DNA of 39,266 nt from Chrysochromulina tobinii. Lineage: Eukaryota. The notes under the pieces are model-generated. The model made no database searches, had not been told where the DNA came from, and was given only the letters and a program-made list of their open reading frames with translations. Location of the stretch: the NCBI GenBank assembly GCA_001275005.1, contig JWZX01002728.1:1-39266 (forward strand), in the 5' to 3' direction. Positions 20,750-31,360 of the stretch are shown here, in pieces; within the stretch, counting starts at the first letter, position 1; the number at the start of each line of letters is the position of its first letter. A program made the position numbers and the translations under genes.

Positions 20750-21471
20750 GGCACACCGAGTGTGTATCATCGACGCGCGCGCGGCTGCCCATCCAGTCCG
20801 GGCGGGAGATCTATGGGAGATCATTGTGCCGCAGCGAGCCCTGGCTCACGCGTGCCCTGCCGTGCGAGTGAGACGTGCACCGCGTGGCCCTAACCCGTGA
20901 CCGGCGTCGCCGTCGGGTCGACGCGGGCGGTGCGGTGTGCGAGTGCACCCCCATTTCAGAGACTCGTCCATGGAGTCGACAGTGCGTCTATTTGGTCTCT
21001 TTAATCGTTGGTAAGGTGAAGGTTATAGGTTTTATTTTTGTGAATCAAAACTTGACGTAATATGCGAACCCGGACGTGCGTTCCCAATGACTCCGCGTCC
21101 GGGGCACACCTCGAACTCAGAACAAGACGGAACTTCAAGACTTAAGCTGTTAAAAGTAACGAACGGCGCGGGCCTCCCACGAGTACCGCAACCCGGGCGC
21201 CAATCGCCATGCGCACACCACGCGCGATGGCCGCGTCGTGCGCGCCGACGCTATACCTATAGCGAATCCGCGCGAACGACTCGCGCACGTCCGCATCGCC
21301 GGCGCCAAATCGAACTCAATAGTAACTCGATAGCAACATCATCTCTGTGACTCTGACTCCCTAGGCGCTAGGTCGGTCGCTTGGTCGGTCTCCCCGAGCG
21401 CTGATGTCTCGGGATGTCTCGGGCGCCGTCCGCCCGTCGGTACTGTACACGGTGCCGCTCGAGGGTGCCCC

Positions 21472-22281
21472 TTAGGCGCCTTGGCCGAGCCTCTTAATCG
21501 AGTCGGCCATCGCCCTCTCCACCGCCTTCAGGCGCAGGTGCGCATTTGGCGCCATCAGCGCCGCGCCACGTACGTCGTACGCGGCGGCCGCCTTTCCGAC
21601 GGAAGGTCCAGCTGGCTGTAGCAGCCCGGCGACCCAGAGGGCGCGCGCCGAGGGCTGCTCGGCGTCGGGCATCGTGCCAAGGTTCGCGAGCACGCGCTCG
21701 AGCTCCTCGGGCGAAATCTGGCGAGATCCGATCCGGCGCACGAGGCCGAGCCACACGTCCACAGTCTCCTTGAGCGCCTTCGCGCGCTCGATGACCGAAG
21801 GCTCGGCCGGCTCGCGATCTAGGACGTCTATCCAGCGCGCGCGCGCGGGCCGCCCGAACCACGGGTTCCCAAAGTGCGGCATCACCTCCACGACCTCGAC
21901 CAGCCGTCGGGCCGAGATGACCACGTCCGCTGTGCCCTCTGGATGCACTGGCGAGACTGGGACCGGCGTGACGGACTCGAGCTCAATTGACACACCGTGG
22001 CTGTGCGGTCGCTCGCCCTGCCGGCCAAGCACGACGATCGGTGAGCTCGCGCTGCCAGACTGGAGCAGCTCGACGAGCTCAGGCGGCGCAGTCATAATGA
22101 GCTTCTGTCCCGGTACCATACTCTCGAGGACGACCAGCCGGCAGGAGGAGATGCCCCGTTTCACGTCGGCGATGCGCCGCTGCAGCAGATTGAAGTCCAT
22201 GCCGGGATCCGTCATGAATGCCACGTATCGCGGTCGAGCCGTCAGTGCCACGAGGGCGGCGAAGCGCAAGCTCGCCAGCAT
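21472..22281 (-). CDS. Lon N-terminal (substrate-binding)-like domain protein with hydrophobic leader
   Basis: Intronless ORF. LVVLESMVPGQKL and the C-terminal LGTMP..PSARALWVAGLL..DVRGAALMA....RL pattern resemble algal LON-N-like proteins; recognition is tentative. Confidence 0.55.
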   Translation of the reverse strand: MLASLRFAALVALTARPRYVAFMTDPGMDFNLLQRRIADVKRGISSCRLVVLESMVPGQKLIMTAPPELVELLQSGSASSPIVVLGRQGERPHSHGVSIELESVTPVPVSPVHPEGTADVVISARRLVEVVEVMPHFGNPWFGRPARARWIDVLDREPAEPSVIERAKALKETVDVWLGLVRRIGSRQISPEELERVLANLGTMPDAEQPSARALWVAGLLQPAGPSVGKAAAAYDVRGAALMAPNAHLRLKAVERAMADSIKRLGQGA

Positions 22282-22630
22282 TTCCCGTCCGATTCGCGAG
22301 GGAAGATTCGTCATCTCAATCCCACGAAGCCGCTATAAACTTGGGGCGTGAGGCTTCTGACTGCTAAGGACCGGACGAGTGAGGGAGAGCTCTGAATAGA
22401 GCCGTATTTCCACAACACTAGAATAATACGACCTCTCTAGTATGCGCACATAGAATCATACGAATGGTTCCATGTATGATTCTTCCACATCGCACATGTG
22501 CGTGAACTGCTAAGGTAAAGGTATATTGTGGGGGCGCGCCGCCGTCCAGCCGCCCCATGTTCTAGCATGCTATTGTGCGACTCACTCGCGCGCGTAGGCC
22601 CATAGGGGCGCTCCTCCGAAGCCACACCGC

Positions 22631-23377
22631 TCATTTGCGCTGCGACAGAGCCTGGATCACCAGGGCGTCGTCCCTCACGTTCGCCGAGTCGCCCACGAGG
22701 GCAATGGCCTCCACGTAGTCGCCGAGGATTTGCGAATGGTACTGGGGGAATTCCCGGATGAGTTTCTCCTGTATTCTGTAGCTGAAGACTTCGGCCGCTG
22801 TCTTCAGCCCAATATTCTTCTTCTGCTCCGCCGCCCATTGAAGGCAGAGGAGGACGAAGGAGATGGTGCCGAGTGGCGGCTCCATCCAGTTCCACGACCA
22901 CGCGCCGACCTCGAGCCACGTGTCCGTGTCACCGTGCTCCGGAGGCTCCGCGGTGACGAAGTATTCGTTGAATGCGGACGAGGCCTGGAGGCTGAACACG
23001 AGCGGGATCGAGCCCCAGCCAACGGCTTGCGCACCGAAGATCATCACTTTGCCCGACGCGTGCACCCTGCCCAGGCCCGCCTCCGCCAAGGTGCTGATTT
23101 TGAGGAGCGTTGCGGTGGTATCCGCGTGCGAAACTCCATCCACGTACATGATCTCGCGCCGCATCATCTCACGCTTCGCATCGACGTTGCCGCTCTTCGC
23201 CATCTTGAACAGGTCGGTGTTTTCGAGCTCCGAGACGTGAGTCACCCTGTTCTTCAACATATCGGCTTCGACCACAATAGCCATCGTCCGGACGGCCATT
23301 GGGCATCGATTCAGCAGTGAGGCATCAAGCCGGCGCGGCGCGGCGCGGTAGAGAACACGGGCCGCTGACGACATCAT
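22631..23377 (-). CDS. Conserved hypothetical membrane protein (paralog A, intronless), mitochondrial-type presequence
   Basis: Shares FN.YFVTAEPP..G..DTWLEVGAWSW.WMEPPLGTISF.LLC.Q with the gene at 24954-25977; Arg/Ala/Ser-rich N-terminus. Confidence 0.8.
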   Translation of the reverse strand: MMSSAARVLYRAAPRRLDASLLNRCPMAVRTMAIVVEADMLKNRVTHVSELENTDLFKMAKSGNVDAKREMMRREIMYVDGVSHADTTATLLKISTLAEAGLGRVHASGKVMIFGAQAVGWGSIPLVFSLQASSAFNEYFVTAEPPEHGDTDTWLEVGAWSWNWMEPPLGTISFVLLCLQWAAEQKKNIGLKTAAEVFSYRIQEKLIREFPQYHSQILGDYVEAIALVGDSANVRDDALVIQALSQRK

Positions 23378-23576
23378 TCCGAATTTAGTCTCTTTTCACA
23401 CTATCTTCCCCGTTTTCCCCACAGTGGAGTCGGCCCGGCGGGGCCGACTCTCGCTCGGCGTGGAAGCCCCCATTCACAATGAGAAAGGAGGGGCTGGACA
23501 TTTTTATAGGCTCTTTCCGTACCGCCGAAGGCCCTCTTCATAGTTCATCAATTGTAGTTCATACAGATACACTTCA

Positions 23577-23663
23577 GTGAGTGAGTGAGTGAGTGAGTGA
23601 GTGAGTGAGACACAGTCACTCACTCACTCACTCACTCACTCACTCACTCACTCACTCACTCAC
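23577..23663. repeat. Inverted microsatellite (GTGA)8-GACACAG-(TCAC)12
   Basis: Read directly; the two arms are reverse complements. Confidence 0.95.
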
Positions 23664-23779
23664 TCTAGTATCTTCCACTGTCTGTACCCATATGTGCCGA
23701 TTTCCCTACTTTGGCGAACGAATTCCATGTCATCCCTTGATGTCATCAGACACAACAGTCGGCGTCGCCCGTTTGCCGT

Positions 23780-24388
23780 TCAGGTGCCACTCGCCTTCAT
23801 CTGCTTCTCTTGCTCCGCGCCCACGACAACCGCCATCATGAAGCAAAACATGGCGCAAACCCCACAGCAGATGAACACCGGGATGAGACATAAGGACGCG
23901 ATAATGTACAGCTTCGATTGGTTGTACAAGACAGCGTCGCAGTGCGTCTCGTCGGTGCTGAACACCCAGATGCAGCCGATGATGAACCATACGAATAGGA
24001 TGGTGTTGAGCGGCGCACCAAGGCAGGTGAGGTAGCCCTGCATCGGTAACCGCACGCGGTCGGGAACGCAGCAGATCAAGGGGAGGGTCGCCAACGGCAA
24101 TAATGTGTTGACCGCTGAGATAGTGCCCCCCCACCAGAGCCACAACGGTAAGGGAGATCCGCAATGCGCGTGGTCTCCGTCGTTGGTGTAGTATATGGTC
24201 AGGTTCACGATCGCGGGGAGCAGACCGAGGACGAGGCCCACGAAGAGAAGAGTCAAGATGACCTGTGTGGAAGGGCCCTGCCGCACCTCCTCCTGACCGT
24301 TGAGAGGCGTATGCTCGTTCGCAGGCTTGAGGCTCTCGGTTGAAATCTCCTCCACCAGCTCCCCCGTCGCCGCGGAGTCAGCCAGCAT
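23780..24388 (-). CDS. Four-TM membrane protein, TMEM272-like
   Basis: Four hydrophobic stretches with C..PLPLWL..GG and LFVWFIIGCIWVFS....CD..LY pattern. Confidence 0.65.
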   Translation of the reverse strand: MLADSAATGELVEEISTESLKPANEHTPLNGQEEVRQGPSTQVILTLLFVGLVLGLLPAIVNLTIYYTNDGDHAHCGSPLPLWLWWGGTISAVNTLLPLATLPLICCVPDRVRLPMQGYLTCLGAPLNTILFVWFIIGCIWVFSTDETHCDAVLYNQSKLYIIASLCLIPVFICCGVCAMFCFMMAVVVGAEQEKQMKASGT

Positions 24389-24953
24389 CGGGTCGATAAT
24401 TCCCCACCCTTTTCTGGGAGATGCAACCCTTTTAAGGAACCGCGTGCGTCGTGTGTGAGAATGAGAATGAGCGGGCTGATGTGAGCGAGCTCAACTCTTC
24501 TCTGCTGCCGTGCAAAGACCTTGTAAAACAGACCTCACCCGGAGGCGCCTCAGCAGAACTTTCAAAGATATGAGGGCGGCGCGGCGCAGCCACCCGCCGC
24601 GAACACAGCCGCGCGATGCATCCACCCCTGGGGAGACCCCGCCCGCCGTCGCGCGGAGTCACCACATTTGCACACCAGGGGGTCCCTTCATCAGACATCA
24701 CTGTCGGCGGTAGCTTGTTTTGAAACATGAAAGAGGAACGGAAGGGATAAAAGTGTCACCGTCTAGCGTCGCTTATCACCGTCATGTCGTCGATGTTGAT
24801 GCGTTCTGAACGTTGTACGTTGAGTGAACGTGTTGCGCAAGTGTGCGCGGGGGTTCCTGTCGTCGGTGGCACACAGGCACACTGACACGACACAGCGTAC
24901 ACAAGGGCATCTGCTCTTCATTTAGTCGACTAGGCAGCCACCGATGGCACGAG

Positions 24954-25977
24954 CTATCGCTTCTGCAGCAGCTTGAGGATCTCCGCGTGCTCTCGCTCGA
25001 GCTCCTCAGTGTCGTTGACCATCGCGATGCAACTCACGTACTGACGGAGCGCGGGGCCGTCGAAGCGTGCAAAGGCCGCCTGACGAGCGATCCGACGCAT
25101 CAGTCGTAATCAGACGTAATCCGACGTAATCAGACGCAATCAGTCGAAGCGTGCAAAGGCCGCCTGACGAGCGATCCGACGCAATCAGTCGTAATCCGAC
25201 GTAATCCGACGCAATCCGACGCAATCCGACGCGATCAAGACGCAATCCGCGCACCTGGCGCGCGATCATCGCAATCTGCTTCTCCTGCATCTGCTCCACC
25301 ATTGAGAGCCCTCCGATACTCATCCGCTGATCGCGCGCGAACTGGATGCACAGGAGGAAGAAGGAGATGGTGCCGAGCGGCGGCTCCATCCAGCTCCACG
25401 ACCACGCGCCGACCTCGAGCCACGTGTCCGCCTCACCCACATCGGGAGGCTCGGCGGTCACAAAGTAGTCGTTGAAGATCGATGCCGTTGTGTAGTGGAA
25501 TACGAGCGGGAGCGACGTCCAGCCCGCCACGAGCGCCGTGTAGATCGACAGCTGGTACGGCGCCTTCATGAGCATCTGGTTCTCCACGCACGCCTTCGCG
25601 ATGCCAAGCAGCTGTCCAGGCTCGCAACGCGCGCAGTTAGTGCACGTCCTGCGCGCGCGATAGAAAAGGAGGCAAGGAGGCTGACGGCTGATGGGACTCA
25701 CGATGGGTGTCGTCTCGGAGTATGCGATCCGATCGATCCTCATGATTTCGCGACGCAGCCGCTCACGCGAGGCATCGAGGTGCTCTCCTCGCTCGGAGAG
25801 GATGACGAGTTGGTCACCCGTCAAGTCGCTCACGTGGCGCGGCATTAGCTTTGCATCCTCGATCGACGGCAACGGCTTCACCCGGCGGCTGACTGGAGTG
25901 GCTGCCGTGCTCATGGTGGTCGCGCACCGTAGCGCATGTAGCGGTAGCGATCTCATGCAGCGGAGGCGTGCGAACAT
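24954..25977 (-). CDS. Conserved hypothetical membrane protein (paralog B), 3 exons
   Basis: Exons 25977-25702, 25611-25255 and 25079-24954. The last exon AAFARFDGPALRQYVSCIAMVND aligns with paralog A REFPQYHSQILGDYVEAIALVGD. Confidence 0.78.
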
Positions 25978-26126
25978 TTTGTGCGATTCGGCGTGCGTGC
26001 GTGCGCGCGTGCACGCGTGGCTTGCGTGCGTGCGTCGGGTGGACGGTGCCCTGTTCGACTGCCGATCGCCAGCGATCGCGGGGGGATACTAATCAACGTT
26101 CATCAAAATGGCCTAATCAGGAACAT

Positions 26127-28604
26127 CTAATTAGTTTGCAGCGCGCGGCGCGCCAACCACGGCGGCGGACCCCGCCAGCTCTCAGCACTGAACTGTAGCC
26201 GAAGCGCGGCCTGGCGCTCCTCTTCGCCCATCGCCTCCCAGGCGGGCGTCTGCGCCCAGCCGTGCTCGTCGTCATTGTTCCAGCCGCTCTCGCCCGTGAA
26301 GCCGAGCTGCCGCGCATAGCCGCGCTCCACGTCGCTTAGGAAGCGCCACTCGCGGTTGAAGACCTTGCGGCGCAGATTCTCCTTGCGCTCGCGCTGCAGC
26401 CGCGCCGAGGGCAACGACGGCACCTTGGGCGGCGTCGTGAGCGCCTTCGTCGCGCCGGGACGACGCCATGCTGCCGGGTCCGTGGGCGCCGTCGTGAGCG
26501 CATTGGTCGTCGGCGGATGCGCTCGCGGCAGGGCGACCGAGGGCGGTGGGGCGGCGGCGGCCGATGCGGGCGGCGGGACGGGCGGCGCGGCGGAGGGCGC
26601 GGCGGAGGGCGCTGTGGTGGGCGCGGTTCTTGGCGCTGTGGCGGGCGCGGCGGAGGGCGCGGCTGCTAAGGAAACGCCCTTCGGCGGTCTGGGGTGTATC
26701 TCGGAGGTATCTCGCGCCGGGTTGCCCGGTTTGGGAGGGTTGCCCAATTTGGGAGGTTGCTTCAAATGGACGATCCTGGAGCTCATCGCGCCTCCGTTGC
26801 TGCTGCCATCAGGACTGCCAGCCTCGCCGGCAGCCGCGTTGCACCCCTCGCACGCCGCGCCGTGAGCAGCCCCCCCAGCAGCAGCAGCAGCGGACCCGCT
26901 CTCGCCCGCGTCGCTCGTGCCGACCCCAAGGCCTCGTAACCACTGGGCACACGGCTCCGCCCAAAACGGTTTGAGACCAAACCCATGGTCTCCGAAGTCA
27001 CGGCGTAGGTAGTGCACTCGCGTGCCTGCCGCGCGCGCCGCGGCCACGTAGGGGTCTGTGTCGGACTCGGGCGGGCATACCTGCATGCAATGAGGGAGGC
27101 CATCAGCATGCAATGAGGGAGGCCATCAGCATGCAATGAGGGAGGCCATCAGCATGCAATGAGGGAGGCACTCAGTGGGGTGGCACTCAGCGTGCAATGA
27201 GGGAGGCACTCAGCGGGGTGGCACTCAGCATGCAATGAGGGAGGCACTCAGTGGGGTGGCACTCAGCATGCAATGAGGGAGGGCACTCCGCATGCAATGA
27301 GGGTCTGTACCTCATCTGCTGTCGAGGCGACGACGAAGAGAGGCGGCGGCGCGACGAACGCGTCTCCAGCGACGAGTCTCTCCTTGCCCACCACGAGTGA
27401 CCGCACCTGCATGCAATGAGGGAGGCCATCAGCATGCAATGACGGAGGGCCATCAGCATGCAATGAGGGAGGCCATCAGCATGCAATGAGGGAGGCCATA
27501 AGCATGCGATGAGGGAGGCCATCAGCATGCAATGAGGGAGGGCCATCAGCATGCAATGAGGGAGGCCATCAGCATGCAATGAGGGAGGCACTCAGTGGGG
27601 TGGCACTCAGCATGCAATGAGGGAGGCCATCAGCATGCAATGAGGGAGGCACTCAGCATGCGATGAGGGAGGCCATCAGCATGCGATGAGGGAGGCCATC
27701 AGCATGCGATGAGGAGGCAATCAGCATGCAATGAGGGAGGCAATCAGCATGCAATGAGGGACCGCACCTGCTCTGAGTGTACGTCCGCACGCCAAAAGCC
27801 GCATGTGTCCTCGGTGAGCCAGCCGTCGGGGCAAGTGCATGGATAGATCAGCCCCAAGCCATCGGGTGTGCCCTCGCTGTCGGGTGCGGCGATGGACACG
27901 GCGCTTGCGTCGCCGCCATGGCCGCCGCTGCTGCCTCTCTGTAGACTCACACCGCTGGCTGCTGCGGCGGCGCCCGAGGCGCACACGTAGCCTCCCGCCG
28001 AGAAGCCGAACGCCACCACCGGCCCGCCGTTCGCGTGCCTGCGCGCCGCGCGCACGGCGCCGACGAAATCCGCATGCATCTGCGCCAGATCGTGCGAGGG
28101 CAGCAGCCGGTAGCGGAGGACAAAGGCGGGAACGCCGAGGGCCTCGGCGACCCAGCGCGCAATCGGCGCGCCCTCGCGCGGGTGCAGGAACTCCAGGTTG
28201 CCGCCGGGGCACACGATCGCCGCGCCCTTGCCCGCGGGCGTGCCGGCGGGTGGCAGGTACGGCAGCAGCGCGGGCGCGCCGTCGACAAAGAGGGGATCCT
28301 CTGCAAGCGGCGGGAAAGGACGCGCCTTGCCGCGCTCGTCGCTAAGCACGATCCAATCGGGCATCTCGGGCCACTTCTTGCGCTTCGCGAGAAAGCGCGG
28401 CTGCTCTGGCGTGGCCATCGGCATGCCGTCAAGATCGATCATGGGCGACTCGATGGCATTCTTGCCTGGAAGGCTCTTCTTGCGCGGTTTGGGCACCGCG
28501 CCCTTGGATGAGGCCCGCGGCGCACGAACCGGCGCAAACGCCGGCGGCGCCACGTGCAAGAGGTCGATAAGCCCGGCTAGCGCATCGAGCGAGTCTTCTC
28601 TCAT
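26127..28604 (-). CDS. Alpha/beta hydrolase (Aes/BD-FAE-like esterase) with Ala/Pro linker and C-terminal Trp-repeat module, 3 exons
   Basis: Exons 28604-27768, 27406-27311 and 27080-26127. AAIVCPGG, AFVLRYRL, GFSAGG (Ser), LIYP, STADEVC (Asp), GDHGFG (His). Confidence 0.82.
27081..27767 (-). repeat. Two introns filled with ~23-bp repeats (GCCTCCCTCATTGCATGCTGATG and variants)
   Basis: Arrays at 27081-27310 and 27407-27767, both ending CATTGCATGCAG at the acceptor. Confidence 0.92.
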
Positions 28605-28779
28605 AAACGGCCTCTTCGCAAGAGTTTCGTCAAGACAAGTCAGTTCAAGTTCGAGTCAACTCACGGCTGGTCTAGTCAGTCATGTCCATCCACGGCTCCT
28701 ATCTTGCAGCCGCTGTGAACGGAGAAGGCCGCCAACGCGAGCGACTATCGGCGCTCTGTCGCAGAGGCGCCTGACGCAA

Positions 28780-30332
28780 ATGAGCTCTGCCGCGGCGCCG
28801 AGCACGGCGGCGAAGGACAGTGGGCCGCCTGACGAGTACATCTCGATCGCGCAAATCCGATACACCGCCGCGCACGGCAAGCCGGCGGAGGCCGCGAAGG
28901 CCAAGGAGCAGCTGCTGGCGCTGATCAAGAAGCGCGAGATGGGCCCGCTGTACTCGGCTGTGTGCGAGCAGCTGGGCACGCTGCCGGACGCCGCACTCGC
29001 CGCCTCATTCGCCGCCGCGAACGCAGCCGAGCTCGCGCGCCTCGACGAGGCCATCGTGCGCTGCGACAAGGACGAGGGCGAGTCCGAGGTCCGCGAGGCC
29101 TACCTGGCCAAGTCAGAGTACCTGGTGCGCATCGGCGAGAACGAGAAGGCGCACGCGGCCATCGAGGCGACGTACACCAAGACGGTCGCCATCGGGCTGC
29201 GGCTCGACCTGCTGCTCTGCAAGCTGCGCGTCGCGTTCTTCTTTGACAACCTGAAGCTCGTCAAGGCGACTGTCGACCGGGCCAAGGCGTTGCTCGAGAC
29301 GGGCGGCGACTGGGAGCGGCGCAACCGGCTCAAGGTGTACGAGGCCGTCTTCCTCTTGTCCATCCGCGACCTCAAGAAGAGCTCCGCGCTCCTGCTCGAC
29401 TCGATCGCCACGTTCACGGCGACGGAGCTGCTGCCGTACAACACCTTCGTCTTGTACGCGGTCGCGACGTCGCTGGTGGCGCTGCCGCGATCGGAGCTGA
29501 GGCCCAAGATCATTGACTCGCCCGAGGTGCTGCAGGTCATCGGCGAGATCCCGCACATCGCCGGCCTCGTCAACGGCCTCTACGGCTGCTCGTACCGCAT
29601 GCTCTTCGCGTCGCTCGTCGAGGTCATCGATATGCTCCTGGCGGACCGGTAGCGCTGCACTCCTCGCTCTCCCCCGCTCTCCCCCGCTCTCCCCGCTCCC
29701 GCGCTTTCGGGAGCCCCGCGCCGACAACCAAATCCGCGCTTGCGAGCAGACTCACTTGTAGCGTGGCCGATACCGGCGCCAGAGCACACGCGCGCCCTCG
29801 GAGGCGGCATCGGCTCGGGCTGGCTTCGCCAACTGCGCGAGGCCTCCGCCGCCTCTGACGCTACAAAAGTCGCCCGTAGCGTGCCCTTGCTCCTCTGCGT
29901 CGTGCCACTGACTGCGTCGCTCCTCCGACAGGTACTTTGCGGCGCACGCGCGCTACTACTGGCGCGAGGTACGCGTGCTCGCCCAGAAGTGTCCCTACTG
30001 CCTCCCTACTTGCCTCCCTAATTGCCTCCCGAATTGCCTCTCCCTATTGCATGCAGGTACGCGTGCTTGCGTACACGCAGTTCCTCGAGAGCTACCGCGC
30101 AGTCTCGCTGCAGTCCATGGCCGCCTCTTTCGGCGTCTCTTCTGCCTTTCTTGACGCTGAGCTCGCCGCGTTCATCTCGGGCGGACGCCTCTCGTGCTCC
30201 ATCGATAAGGTCGCCGGCATCGTCTCGTCCACGCGGCCAGACACGAAGAACGCGCAGTACCAGGCCACCATCAAGCAGGGCGATCTCCTCCTCAATCGTG
30301 TGCAGCGACTCAGTCGCGTCGTCAACATGTGA
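28780..30332 (+). CDS. RPN7: 26S proteasome regulatory subunit RPN7/PSMD6, 3 exons
   Basis: [72 protein letters not shown]. Exons 28780-29648, 29932-29968 and 30057-30332. Confidence 0.95.
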
Positions 30333-31360
30333 GATTCGTCAACATGTGAGACGCCAATCGCTCAGGCACATGGCGGCCAGTGCGAGGGCGATGGCGGCGC
30401 GCGCTCTCGTGCCCTACTGACCGAGGACACGGGCGGGGCCACACGGCTCGCGCGGTCGCGCGCGCGGCGGCGGAGGACAAAAATATACCACGCGCTTGAC
30501 GGCCTGAACGGCTCGAGGCCGAGCATTCCAGGCCGAGCATTCCAGGCCTGGGGCCGGGCGCGCAGAATGTACAACTACCGAGAACTCCCAAACGAGATCA
30601 TAAAAGGAGTTGTAGTAGGAGTCAGAGGTGATTTTTTCGGTTGCGTTTACCCACATGTATCGACAGCTGCGACCTGCGTGTCTCGCAGTCGCACGACGGA
30701 CGGGGGGGCGGGGGGGCGTCCGCATCCGATGCCCCGCGCGGCCCGCCACGCGCCACCGCGCGCGCCCTCCCGTCCGGCCCGTGCAGAACCGGCGCACGCC
30801 GGCGCCCCGGCCGCCCCATACGCGCACCCTCATACGGCAACGAGACCCGATCCGTAGCGCGTAGCATGCGGTCGCGGCACGCGGGTCGGGCTCACACCAG
30901 ACCTCGCGTCCACGCGCAGGACTCGCCCCTCTCCGCCCCGAGCGTCGACATGCCTGACTCTCGAACACAGGTCACGAGCGCAACATACAGCGAAAGGGGC
31001 GCACACCACGCGCGGGGCATGCTACATGGTACTCGACGTCCTCACACGCACACAACGGATTGGCAGAAAGTTAACGGCCCTCCACGCGGGGCTCGATAGA
31101 ACAGCAGGGGTTATAGTTCCATAATAGGCAAGTCCGGAGGGCCACCTTCGTCGAGAAGGCCACCCGCCCACCACCCGCCATCTTGCAGTGCGGTGTGAAC
31201 GCCAGCTGTGAACGCCATCTTGCGGTGCACGCGCCGCCCGAGCGCCACCAGGCGGTGTCCCTCATAGGGCGAGGCGTCGCGTCGTTGTGAGCGCTCGGCC
31301 GTCATGAGACCTCGCTCGCGCACTCGCTGCCGACAGGGGCAGGAGCTGGGGCGGCATCGT

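Noticed and set aside
27081..27767. CRISPR-like appearance of the 23-bp repeats
   Set aside because: Units are head-to-tail with no unique spacers, lie within GT-AG introns, and there are no cas genes; eukaryotic context.
30400..31330. Short Arg/Pro/Ala-rich ORFs between RPN7 and the coiled-coil gene
   Set aside because: No recognisable motifs; composition typical of GC-rich UTR or intergenic DNA.
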